Of a stretch of 64,000 nucleotides of DNA, positions 13,490 through 25,907 are shown in pieces. The stretch spans positions 3,081,731 to 3,145,730 of the forward strand of contig NEEC01000014.1 in assembly GCA_002189035.1 (NCBI GenBank), written 5' to 3'. Numbering within the stretch: position 1 is the stretch's first letter; each line of letters opens with the position of its first letter. The DNA comes from Utricularia gibba (Eukaryota > Plantae > Magnoliophyta). The notes beneath the pieces are model-generated. The model saw nothing but the letters and a program-made list of their open reading frames with translations, made no database searches and had not been told where the DNA came from. The position numbers were made by a program, and so were the translations under genes.

Positions 13490-14204
13490 ACCCATCACTA
13501 TCATCCATTAATGTATATGTTTATTTGTGACCCACCTCTCTACTTTTCCCATTCCACCAAGCAACCACTTTATTGTTATTTTCCTTATCTTGATCCTCAT
13601 CCCCTATCACTTAGTTGTCCCTACCATTCCATTTGAATATTCGCTTTGTTGATTGCCCATTCCTGAGTTTTCATCTGTTCTTACCTTGTGTCCATCCCTC
13701 CTATTTATCTACTGCAACAAGCAACCAACATAATTCAACCAATCCCGTTAGTCTCTATCTTGAGACAATTGACACTGCCACCTTCACCTAACCCCATCAT
13801 AACACCATAATCGATACCAATCAGGAAGTGATTAATTCTTGAGGTGTCATGAGGTCAAGCATGATGATTTTATGGACTGCATCAAGGACTTGAAGCTTCG
13901 GGATTGAGTGGTAAACCTTGTGTGTGTTTCTTTTTTCTTTCACTATATTCTTTTTTCTTTCTTTTGCTGCTTGTTTCTTTTGTCTTCTGTTTAGAATGTC
14001 AAACTCAAGAAGTGAGCATGACAAGGATGACTCACCAGATGAGAAGTTAACTTTGAGAGCTATATAACAGGAATTCGCAAGATTGCATCGCATTCTGGAA
14101 AATATAAATGTCAGGCTTGATGAACATCAAAACTCTCTACAAAATGTTGCAAAAGCCCAAGGACGAGATAATTATGCTGCCAGAAAGGTTCGAGGTGTTC
14201 AAAC
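13490..14204 (+). mobile_element. gag: CRM leader and gag N-terminal relic
   Basis: From ATG 13996: MSNSRSEHDKDDSPDEKLTLRAI*QEFARLHRILENINVRLDEHQNSL, homologous to the CRM gag start at 57530-57763; cut at 14205. Confidence 0.6.
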
Positions 14205-15200
14205 TGTTAGTGTATGTGTTCTAGAGACAATCAACTCATTGGCAAATTTATATCATTGATAAAATCTTCTACTTGATATATGTGCTATAGAAATTATGAT
14301 GAGATCATAATGTGAGATTCTTCAAGCACTCATGATCAAGTTAAAATTTCCTGGCTAGAGTATTTTTGAAATGATGATATCACAAATACGGATAAGCTTG
14401 CACACATTGAGTTCCCTAAACAGTTTGGGCAATGGTTCTCACAATTGATGTAATGAGATTACTAGAACCTATGTATGGGTGTCGATTAGAGAATCGATTC
14501 ACTGGATAACTCATCTTCGAGATGCTACTATGGGAAGCTAACCAAGTGTCAGTAGCAAGATCTCGAATATGACAGCCGTGCAAGTAAGCTTAGACTTGAA
14601 GTCAACAAAGTTATCTTGATCTTAAGCTCACATTGTCGCTTATTACTAATGGGAGTCTAACCATGACTTGCCTAGTATGGATGAGTAGAGATGTGACTCC
14701 TTAAAGTTGGAGATAGTTGATTGATCAATAAAGGATTCATCACTCAAGTTAGCGATGAGATCATATCTCAAGTAATTGCATCAAAGCCTAACAATAAGTC
14801 CTGGGCCCAGGGTAACGACACTTGAATTCTTTGAGTAGGTCATTGAGTGTTAGTGCTTGAATGCAATTATAAGTTCAATACATCAGCAAGACACACCCAT
14901 GTTTTGGTATCGAATGAGATATAAGTATGATGAAAGTTGTTCATTGCATGGTGGCTGGTCATGGAAAGGCTCAATCAATTCACCTGATTATTCTCTAATC
15001 TTGAGGATCATGATATGTTGCTAGACATCACTCATGATCGATAATGAAGGATTTGATTAATTAAGAGTTAATTAATAAATCCATTATTACGGCCTTGATT
15101 GAAGAAGCGCATAAGGTCACACACAGTAGTAGAATCACTCATCGATATAAAATAGAATGATACAATTACATGAGAGGTAATTGGTAAAGTGGATAAATTA
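14205..15200 (+). mobile_element. Angela-like copia LTR (truncated)
   Basis: Begins TGTTAGTGTATGTGTTCTAGAGACAATC, resembling BARE-1/Angela LTR starts (TGTTGG...CCCTAGAGGCAAT); repeated at 4508-5245. Confidence 0.55.
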
Positions 15201-15289
15201 AATAGAGAGCTAGTTGACAACAGAAGTTGGGGAATTGAACCAAAAAGGAAGCCTATTGTCGCAAGCCAATCCCAACTCTGAAGGAGGAT

Positions 15290-18200
15290 AAAATATCAGC
15301 ACAATGACACTGAGGAATGGGAAAAAAAAGCGTTGTAGGGAATTATTCCAATCTCATGACATAGAAATAGGAATTGTTGCTTTCACATTGAAGTTATGGA
15401 AGCACTATCTACATGGGGTGAAGTCATGTGTTTTAAGAGTTGGAAATACTTGTTTACTCAAAAGAAGAGAACATGAGTCTAAGGAAATGGATTGAAACGA
15501 TCAGGCAAGGCTGCTTGCGTGCACGATGACAGCAAATTAAAGAACCTCGAAGTTAGAACCTTACGACACATTGGCTAAAACGACAAGTACAAGGACACGA
15601 AGAATGCAGAAACTTGGTGTCCTGAGCGTTGGTCATTTGAGATGTGAAAAGATAGGTTAGTTGATCCTAACTCAATTGGAGTGAAGCAAAAGATCTTATA
15701 TGAACCAAATGTACAACCGTTTGTCAACAAAATGAATGATGACTTGAGAGCAAGCTGGTGCAACATCCCAAAGCATTAAAGAAGAAAAATACCTAAGTCC
15801 TAGAGGGAAGCAACAAGCAAGGAGATTCCCGAATGAAAGTTTGATCATATCACAATGCACCTCATAGTGGGAATACCATGAAGAATCATGAAGAGCCATG
15901 CTATTAGGGTTAATCTAGGCAGATTGACCAAAGTTTCACATCACATTTTCCTGCAGTAGGACAACATGAAACCATCAACAAGCTCGCTCAGGTGCAATGA
16001 GATCCAAAAGCAATTGCATGGAGGGCAAAACGATTTTCATTGACATTTTTTCAGTTTTTTGCCAAAAGCAATGAGATCCGGAATGGAAAGAGTTCTTCCG
16101 TGTTTTTTTAACCATTTTCTCCTTGTTTGTTCTTCGTTGCGTCAAGAGTGTAGAAGACCACGTCCTTTTCTTGTTTAATTTGGTACTTCAAACTCCGTTT
16201 AGAGTCCTTGAAATCATTTCTGGATGCCTCAACCATTCCGCTTATGGGCAAGGCACCCTGTTGTTTGCTTCCCAAATGAGTTTTACCCTATAGATGCGTA
16301 GGGAACATTCATGGTTCCCTCCGTACGTGCTATGTGAACATGTGTTCGAAATTGGAGACGGGTTTTGACCCACGCCAGTAGCAACGAGGTTTTAGCCATG
16401 GGATTCATGACTAAAAATGAAAGACGTGCGGGAGGCATCCTCATGGGCTTAGCCACGCAAAAAGGGCAAGGAAAACATGTTTGTCCATGATAGGGTGTGC
16501 GTTTGGAGGTGGTGGTGACTTCGTTGGTCTTCGGATCACCACTCATGAACTTCGAAAGCACATGACCAAAATGCTAAGACACGGAGGCGATGGCTAGGTC
16601 AATGGATTTCATCGAAGATATGCACTATGGGACTCACTTTGTGGTTATGTGCTTGTTCCTTGGTTTTTATCCTCCGTACCTCTTTATTTTCTTCTTACCC
16701 TAATCGTAGTAGGATGACCACTATATTGTTTACGCTTCTTCCAGGAGAATAGTTGAAGGTGTGGTGATCAACCGAAGTAGGAGTTTGGGCTGTAACAAGT
16801 TGTGCAGGGGTCTTCGAAACGCTGTACAAACGACAACAATGTCACGAGATATATGCTATGTAGGTGAAACGTAGTTCCTTTTGGTATGAGTTCATGGATA
16901 TGTAACCAACATAATGACATTTTACCACGTTGTATTAGAGTTGCGTTACCCTTCATCCTAGCGTTCATTAAGGCTTGGCATTCGTATCTCATGCGTCATG
17001 GTCCCTGGTCATGGGTCATGACAACTTCAAGCTCTCGGTTTGCTGTCGACATGCGAACATCAGAACAGGATATCCGTTCGTACGCTGAGAACGATTTTCA
17101 TGAACTCTATTCGCACCCCTCGGCTGTGGTGCACTGTGTGCTCGTTTTCGGAATGTTAGTGGGCATAATTTGATGAAATCAATGGGAACCTTGAGTTGTA
17201 TACGCATTGAAAATCATCTTATGAGCTGAACGCAATTGCAGGCATGCAGCACGCAGCACATGAGCAGTTCACATGCCTGAGGCATAGGGAGGTATATGTA
17301 CTTGTTATGGTCTGTGACATCCAATGCTGGGGTTTAGCATATTACCTCTCTAATGATCATGGTTATGTATGAAATCAATAAGGGATGGGGCCCACACCGG
17401 TATGGGGGTTGTTTTTATTAACCAATGAAGATGAAGCAAGTGCTATCTAAAGGAAGGACCACATGGCAACCTCAGGATAGAGGGTATGCTGACTCATGGA
17501 GTCTCTTAAGTTCTGGAGGATATAGTTGCTTTGAGTTGTTGAGGAGATACCTTAGGAAGTAGAGTTGTGGAAGGAAGGGGGTGTTAGAGCTAAAGAGGAA
17601 GGAATTTCGTGGAATTAGCCATAAGAAAGGGATTACTTCTGTAGGAAGGTAAGTGGGATGAGTGCTACTGTTTTTAGAAGCATGTCTTGATGCTTCTCTG
17701 GAACATATGCGATTAATTGCCTATGTGTTGTTATATGTTGTCTTAGAAAGATTTCTTTCATGTTTTCATTAACCCGTTTTTCTTCCCTGTTCTTCTTTGT
17801 GTGAAAAGTCCAGCAGGGCACGTCCTTCTGATCTTAATGCTTCAAATCTATTTAGAGTCCCTAAAATTCTTCTTTCAGAACCTAATTTGTTATTTTCCAA
17901 GGATTAGGTGCCCTTGTTGGTCAGTTTCCAAACGGGTATTCCCTTTTGAAGTGTATAGAGTGCTCAATGTTTTTCCCTACGTGCTATGTGAACTTATGAT
18001 AGGAAATGGAGAGGAGTGTGGACCCACGCTCCTAGCAACATGGTTTTAACCATGGGATTCATGGCTAAATATGTCAGACATGTCTGAGGCATCCCTATGG
18101 GGTAAGCCAGAAAAGAAAGGCCAGGGAACACGTTATATGCATGCTATGGTCTGAGTTTAGAGGTGGTGTTCGGTTGGTGGCTCTTCTGAACACTACTAAA

Positions 18201-20056
18201 GGACTTAGGCAATACATGGCCCATTTCCTAAGATCTGGAGGTGATGCCTAAGTTGAAGGGTCAAGGGGATTGGGCAAAGATAGAGAATGGGACTCACTAC
18301 ATGGATATGTGCTTGGCTTTGAGATTTTATGCTCAAACACTCTTTCTTCACTTCATGCACGTTTATCTTTTACCAAACTTCAGTAGCATGACCACTTCAT
18401 GTTTTAACTTGTTCCAGGTGTAGAGGGGAATGGCTGAAGGTCTGGTGGTCAACCAAACTAGAGGTTTTCCCATAGAAGTTGTGGCATGTCGTGAACAGCT
18501 GTTGAAACCTTAGCTATGTTGTGAGGAATGTGCTAAGTAGGCTGGACATAGTTCCTTTTGCATGTTTGAACGGTTGCGAGTTAATATATATGTAGCCAAC
18601 TTAATGTTATTTCTCCATGCTACAAAAGGGGTTAAGTAGCCTTGAGTCCTAACGTTTGATGGGGTTTGGCAGTCATGTCTCATGCCTCTTGGGCCCTAGG
18701 CATGGGTCCTGACAGTACTGAATTTGAGGAGGCTTAGGGGCATGATCCTCTCAAGATTTCGAGGGTGGCCACAACAACACGGAAAACATTGGAGACGAGA
18801 AGGAATTCAAGAGGTTTAGAGGCGTTCTAGAGTGTCCTACGAGTCTTGGGGCTAGAGTGACCGTTGATAACCACATGATCCATTATTGGTGCTACGGCGT
18901 TTCGATCGTTGGAGTTAAGTTTAGGTTATCATGTGCAAAGCGTAAGACACAGAGGACATTCCGAAAACGTCATCTAGGACGAGACATGTTCACTATGGGT
19001 CCACGCTGATTCCCTTTGGATCAACAAACGCCCTGTTGTATTCATGGGGTTAAGGACAAGTGTGCTTGTTGCTTCTGTGGATGACTCTGTGATTGTGTTC
19101 ATATATGCTATTCTGATTTATCCCCGGGATGAGGAGCAGCATGGGCAGCTTCTTGGAGCCGGTTTGCAGCGTTTGCGGGGCTGTCAGTTGTACGGCAAGT
19201 TCAGTAAAGATGATTTCCCGGTTTTCAAGTTCCTCGTCTCATGGACACAAAGCGTCAACAGAAGGCGCCACGGTGGATTCGAACAAATACAGTGGCGGCG
19301 GTGTCCCCTCAAGCTGAAAGTGCACAGGGGGTTTCGAGGTTGGTTGCAAACGGCAGGTTGCTATCGGAAGTTTCTTAAAGGACATTCAGGGATTGCAGTA
19401 CTCCTTCCGTGAGTGGACGAAGAAAGGAGCGAAACACTTATGGCCCGAGATTTGTGAGCGCAGTTTTCATTCCCCTAGACACCCTTACACAACCTACGAT
19501 GGGAGGGAATATCGGTAGTCATAGTGATGCATCTCAGGATGTGCTTGATGCAGCAAGAAGGCATTAGACCATCCGGCTCTAGGAAGCCAAATCCTCATGA
19601 ATAAAGTTACCCTACTCATGACGTGGAAATAGCGGTTGTTGCTTTCGCATGTTCGTTACGGAAGCACTGCCTGCATTGGGTGAAGTCGAGTGTGAAAAGA
19701 GTCACAAGTACTCGTTCACTCAAAAGGAAAAGAACACGAGGCTAATGAGATGGATTGAAGTGCTCAGGGAGGACGACCTGGTAGTCAAACACCACTCCGG
19801 TAGGGTAGCTAAGGTCGTGGATGGTGTAAAGTAGGAAGAACCCATGAAGGCATGGCCGCTTGTGCGCAGGACAGCGGATCTCTAATTAGAGGTGGTGCAA
19901 GATAGATGGCGATGCGAGGCTACTGGCACACTGAAGAAGCGCAAAGTGAAAACCCTTTACGACACACTGGCTGAAACAACAATTACAAGGACGCGAATAA
20001 TGCAAACAATGGATGCTCCGGGCGTTGGTCGTTTCAGGTGTGATCAGATAGGTTAG
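15290..20056 (+). mobile_element. Family X: degenerate Tekay-pol-derived repeat (RNaseH-INT relic, about 3 kb non-coding, then RT-RNaseH-INT relic again)
   Basis: RNaseH SHDIEIGIVAFTLKLWKHYLHG near 15350-15420; INT EIPE*KFDHITMHLIVGIP near 15820-15880; RT FMGLRTSV...VIVFIYAILIY...QLYGKFSK at 19044-19412; second RNaseH near 19610-19760. Confidence 0.75.
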
Positions 20057-20198
20057 TCCAAGATGCTGTAGCTGATCTTTTGGCTGAATTATTGACAGGA
20101 GATCCAACATCATTTGAAATGGCTGTAAAAAATCCGAAATGGAGAGAGGCCATGAAGGAAGAAATGAATTCTACTTGAAAATGAAACATGAGAGTTAG
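20057..20198 (+). mobile_element. 142-bp isolated fragment of the Ivana-like copia (RT start)
   Basis: tccaagatgctgtag...ttgacaggagatccaacatcatttgaa...gaaacatgagagttag matches 12700-12844 and 47882-48025. Confidence 0.85.
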
Positions 20199-20305
20199 AT
20201 GTTCTCGTATGTTGCCTTGCCGGCAATTATTGTGACAGCATGTGATTGCGAGATGTTCTCGTATGTAGCCTTGCTGGCGATCATCATAATAGCATGTGAT
20301 GCACG
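20198..20305. repeat. Two-copy 54-bp tandem repeat
   Basis: gatgttctcgtatgt(t/a)gccttgc...gcatgtgat starts at 20198 and 20252; mirrored near 59075-59180. Confidence 0.85.
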
Positions 20306-20759
20306 AAATCTGGTTATTTTGGATTGTTTTGCTGCCTTAGGATGCACGAAATTTTATTCATGATTGATGCTTTCGAGAATCATATCTTACGTGTATATGC
20401 GCAGCATGATGATGCTTTATATGTGTGTAGTCGTGGGGCATGATGGCCTTTGCACGAATTTTGATTATGATGATCATATTGGTGAATTATCGATGCATAT
20501 GATGTTTGATAATTTATTTCTGACCAAGGCATCTAGGGTCAATTAGGATTTTCGAGCTTTATGTATGAAAATCGAGGGAAATGATGCGTTATGAACGAAA
20601 GGGCAAGGGTTGTCAGGATTCCTATCTGATAGGATATCGATATCTATAGTGCAAGTGTTGCCTATGGAAAAATCCCCTATCAAATAACTAAGCTTATTCC
20701 TTCCACTGACATAAGGAGAGGAATCAAATAACTAAGCTTAGTGAATCAAATAACTAAGA

Positions 20760-21218
20760 TTCACGGTGGGTTGGCTTAACTAATTTTATCAACTTGTTGA
20801 CTAAAGCCAAGGTTGGTAAAATTGGAGGAAAGGTTGAGGTAAATAGTTTTTACATCAAGAGTTGATGACTCAATAATACAGTGGTTGTATCATAGATACA
20901 ATTGGCATGACTACCTGTTTCATTCATTAAAGCTTGTTGGCTACAGGCAAGGTGGAGATGAATGAAATGGGACACTGTCTCACTAAGAAAATGTGATTTT
21001 CTCATTTTGTCAGTAAGGGGCTGCCATCTCGAAAAACATAGTGGGAGTATATCACATTTAATAAAGACCAGTTAGATGTGATTTAAGGAACACTACATGA
21101 TGTGTTTGTTTTCTCTTCTTCCAGCGTAAATTTGAGATCCATTCTAGAGTCCAATAAGTTGGTTGGCTCGAATTTTACTGATTGGCACCGCAATTTGAGA
21201 ATTGTTCTCAAGTACGAA
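20760..21218 (+). mobile_element. gag: Angela-like copia leader and gag N-terminal relic
   Basis: 21132-21218 reads LRSILESNKLVGSNFTDWHRNLRIVLKYE, matching the Angela gag start LRSILE...L.G.NF.DW.RNLRIVL. Confidence 0.7.
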
Positions 21219-22945
21219 TTGGTTCTTCATCATTTTGTCTTCTGTTGAGTACTATTTTATCCCACCAAGTTATGGCATAATCTGTAAACTCAACAACAGC
21301 AAGCTTGATCTTCTTGGCTTCAGAATAGTTGTGGCAATCAAACACGTGCTCCACACGAGTCTCCCACTCCAAGTTGGCATTTGGATCGTTTTTCCCTTGA
21401 AAAGGAAGGTGTTTCATCTTGATGTTATCAAATTCTTTGTATTCAGTGTGTGTCTACCCCTTAGTCTTTCATCATATCTTGCATCATGATTTGACCTCCA
21501 ATTTCTTTGATATCTTCATTCTATATCATCACCTCCAGATGAATCATACTCATCAAGGTTGTTTTTATCATATCTTGCATCGTGATTTGTTTTTATTATT
21601 TCTCCTTAGTTTTTATTATTTCTTTGATATCTTCGTTCTATGGTGTGTTGGAATTCTTGTTCTACCATTGGAGATACTGTCCTCTCCTTGCTTTTTGATG
21701 TTCTTGAGAGATTCATCATGTTCCTCTAGTTTGATGCGGATTTGCTCCATGCATCTCTGCAATCTCTTAAACTCTCTTTGCATTGCAGTGAATAAGAAAC
21801 GAGCATCCATAGCATTTGATTCTTCTGTAGGGTTATTAGAGCTCCACATCCTACTTCAAGAGAAAAGTGTAGACAAAAAGAAGGAAAAAGAACAACGAAA
21901 GAAAGATAGAATTAAAAATCTAAGTGTGGTTTAAAGAGATAAAGGTGGATAGGTTAAACAGTCAGATAAGGAAAATGAGCAATATAGGAGTTGGTGATGG
22001 AAATAGTAATTATGATAAAGTAAGAGTAGGAATACCAGGATAGAAGGTAACTTGTTGTAATTAGTACAAAAGAGGTAGATAGACAATTAAAAAGAGTTAA
22101 AATGGAATATAAGTGTGACAATAGACAAAGTTGTACAATATTGACTTTTATTTTGTTTGGTAAATTGAAGATTCAATGAATTTAAGTGGCTAGACTTTTT
22201 TTTTTTTACTTTTCTATTGTTTGGTAAGTAGAAAATTCAATGGAATCAATTTGCTAACCTTCTTTCTTCCTTCAACACGTTTTTTTTTTCTTTTTGCAGC
22301 AAACCAGAAGAATAGGACAGAACAAACAAAGATAAGGAACCCCCTTTTGGTTTTTCTTTTCAGAGGAAGAGATAAGCAAAGACAAGATAAGCAAATCAGT
22401 TAGATCTGGGTTTTTTATTGGTTTCTTTTCTTTGGAACGAAACGACAACAAGATAGATAGGATATCAAGAAGAGAAAGATTGGCTTTGATACCACCTAAT
22501 ACGACCCTCCAATCAACAAGTGATTGGCAAACCAGATCTTGGTTTAGAAGAAGCAATCCCTCAAGGAAAAGAAGTTGGCCCTCAAGGATTTGAAAGATCC
22601 TTGCAACACAAACTATGAAATAGTACCACAATCACAGAATAAAGGAAGGAATTGGGAGTGATATATCACACACTAGACACCACAAGCAAGACTTGATAAG
22701 TCTGAAGTTCTACAAGAACTTAAAGAAGGAGCATTGCTCCGAAAAGTGATTACCATCCAAGTTCCCTTTTAACAAGAGTGAGGCCCTTCTTATATAGATG
22801 AAGGATTGGGTCTTCTTAGAAGAAAAGTAGTAATAATAATGTATTTGGAAATAATGGACCTTTTCTAGTCAAGTTGATCCACTTTGAGAAGGTTGAATTC
22901 TACGCCTAACGCCTCATCGCTTTGTTGATTCTCCCATAGGCCCTT
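21205..22945 (-). mobile_element. gag: CRM element 5' part: gag relic, leader, PBS and most of the 5' LTR
   Basis: gag LPFQGKNDPNANLEWETRVEHVFDCHNYSEAKKIKLAVVEFTDYAITWWD at 21208-21417; PBS tggtatcaaagcc at 22482-22494; LTR portion 22497-22945. Confidence 0.85.
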
Positions 22946-24752
22946 TGTTGATCCAAGAAAGATAGAGTCTTGGGAAGGAACAAAGAGATAATTCTTATGA
23001 GATCACCTTGGATGAAAAACGAATTATGAACAATAACAATGACCGAAAACGTAATTCACACTTTTCCTAGTAGTGTTTATATATACCCAAAACCTAGGTT
23101 ACCATCAGTGGGCCACAATCATTAAAAACATACAGAAAAGCCCAACTACTCGAACCCAACACTTTTCAACTAAAACATGACTTTATGACACAAGATTGGT
23201 ACTTCTAATCACATTCAAGCTTTGGATTGAGGCTGATCTCCAATACTCCCCCCAAGACCGAGATCTTCCAACTTGAGAAAGTCTACTGTAGTCATGAGAT
23301 TCATGTTCTTCCTTGCTACCTTAAATTGAACTCTGTTCAAACCTTTGGTGAGCCCTTCAGCAAGCTGATTCCCACTCTCAACATACTACACTTTAATCTT
23401 CTTCTCCTTGATGTAATTCCTTATGACATGATACCTGATTCTTATGTGTTTGGCTTTTTTGAAGTTTGTTGGATCCTTAGCAATGGTGATTGCAGCTCGA
23501 TTACCCATAAGCAGGTATGTAGCTTCCATCCGAATGAATCCAAGTTCGTTTAACGTCTGTCTCAACCAAACGCAATAGTTCGAAGCATGTGCTATAGAGA
23601 TGTATTCTGCTTCAGCTGTTGATTGTGCTGACACCTTTTTTTCTTTGAAAACTACACTAAATGTACTCTTGTTATCTTCAGCCATACCATAATCACAATC
23701 TGAATAGGCTCTAAGTTGGAAGACTGGTTTTTCACCTTCATAGAGATAGAACAATCCGAATTAGTAGTAGATTTTATGTACCTGAAAGCTCTTTTCACAA
23801 TTGCCATGTGAGTTGTTGGTTGTTTGTTGAGGAAGCAAGATAAGACAGTTACACAAAAACACAGGTCAGACCTTGTATGCTGGAGATAGATGAGGGTTCC
23901 AACTATACTTCTATAGGTAGTAGCATCTACATTTCTTCCTTGATTGTTTTCTCGAATCACATGTTTGTAATTCAAGGGAGTTTTTGAAGGATTGACATCT
24001 TTGAACCCAAACCTTTCAAAAAGTTCATTACAATACTTCTTCTGAGATATGAATGTTCCAACACCTTCAAGTTGATGAATTTCCCTGCCTAAATAGTAGG
24101 AAATCATTCCAAGGTCAATTATCTTGAATTCCTTTTTGAGTAGACCTTTGAATACTTCAATCTTCCTTTCATCACCTAAGGTAATCATAAGATTATCAAC
24201 ATAAACGATCATCTCCCGTTCCTTTAACATACAGTGAGTAATCACTATATGTTTTCATGAAACCAATACCCTACAGAAAGTTATCTTCATTCCATGATTT
24301 AGGAGATTGCTTCAACCCATGGAGAGATTTCTTTAGCTTCAATACTTTGTCTTCATGACCTGACACTTGAAAGCCCTTTGGTTGTCCAACAAAAACATCC
24401 TCCTCCAACACACCATTCAAAAACGCAGTCTTCACATCCATGTGATACGCGTTCCATCCATGAACCGATGAAATGGCAAGAAGTAATTTAATCGTGTCAA
24501 ATCTTGCTACTGGTGCAAAAATCTCATGAAAATTTATTCCTTTGATCTGATTATATCTTTTGGCTACTAATCTATCCTTATATTTGTTAACTAAACCATC
24601 TGCATTCATTTTTGTTTTGAATAACCACTTCAGGCCAATAGGTTTATCAACCAACTCTCGTGTTTCATTTTCAAGTATAGAATTCATTTCTTCCTTCATG
24701 GCATCTCTCCATTTCGGATTTTGTACAGCCACTTCAAATGATGTTGGATCTC
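22946..24752 (-). mobile_element. pol: Ivana-like copia copy C, 3' part (RT-RNaseH relic plus 3' LTR 22946-23245)
   Basis: RT/RNaseH ORFs at 24271-24732, 23652-24245 and 23386-23754; G-rich PPT next to the LTR; cut at 24752 by an Athila LTR. Confidence 0.9.
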
Positions 24753-25907
24753 TGATGAACGTTGGGAATGGGGTTGCTAAATGTCGCGGTTTAGCACATT
24801 CAACGCATCAAAAGAAATTTATAAACCGAGCTATTTTACTACACAAATCACAAGAATTAATGTAGCGTGGAAAGCAAGGGTTGAATCCACAGGGAATGGT
24901 TGCAATTTTCTGAAGTTCAACACAATTACTTGAAACAGGGGGGTTTTCTGGGATTTAGTTCTAATGCAGGTAAGATCTAAAATAACAGTGACTGAAAGGA
25001 ATGGGTTGCAAGGGTGAAAAGGGACTGAAATTAATATAAAGATGCAGAAAACATAAAATAAAAGTAATTTGGATGGGTTTTACACCAAGGTCTGGCTCTT
25101 GTGTCACTCAAGAGAACCCATAGACTTAAACCCATCTTAAGAACGCTTAAAGGCAAACATGAAAGGCTTAGTCAAGAACATGATTAAACGCAGAAATAAG
25201 GTCTACAGAGAATTTATCGTTCACGACAAGGTGCAAGAACATAACAGAAAGCATGTAAACGTTGAAGGAAATAGCAGCTAGTTGTTAACGAAATATAAGT
25301 GCAGAAAATAGAAAATGAAGTGTCTAGCGGTTGCTCTCGGTCATAGATCTGCTGGAAATCAAGTTTCTGGGCGAAAAGACGGTGTAAACACGTAGATCTG
25401 GAGGTCACCGGAGTCGTTCCCTGGAGAAACGGAGTTCTCCTTGCTCCCGCTCGCTCCTGTTCTCTGTCTGTGCACTCTGCGTGCACAGTGTACTCTCTCT
25501 CTTCTCTCCCTTCCTTTTCCCTTTTGCAGCTCAAAATTAAGGGTAGCATTGTTCTTTCCTGAGTCTTCTAGAAGGGAGATCTCTACTCCAAATCTTATCT
25601 TTTCAGAAGGGCGGCGACTTTCGGCGGAAAGTGACTTTTGTATAGCTTTTCTATCTCCTTTGACTTGTCAGCGCGGAAAGTGCGCTGCTACAGTACTAGC
25701 TCTTACCCTGATAAGACTTAAAACATAGACTAGACGAAATATTAGAGTTTTCTGCTCAATTGTTGCCAATTGAGTCTGTTTTCACAATAAACATATTTCA
25801 ACAGTCTAAATATGCAAAAGAAGACATTTTAGCACCCTAAGCAACATTTAACCCTACAAAACACACTTAAAAACATATATAAAAACACAATAAAAACGGT
25901 GTTATCA
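24753..25907 (-). repeat. Athila 3' LTR (1155 bp)
   Basis: Homologous to 38921-39836 (8 differences in the terminal 147 bp, plus indels); preceded by an Athila-like cttgaggacaag tract; mirrored at 53473-54627. Confidence 0.9.

Noticed and set aside
20618-20760. Short palindromes (cctatctgatagg, gatatcgatatc) and three copies of atcaaataactaag
   Set aside because: Too short and unstructured to distinguish from ordinary LTR or leader micro-repeats.
21419-21934. 171-aa hydrophobic ORF (mirror 57445-57960) resembling a membrane protein
   Set aside because: It is the antisense frame of purine-rich CRM gag sequence; the hydrophobicity follows from T-rich codons.
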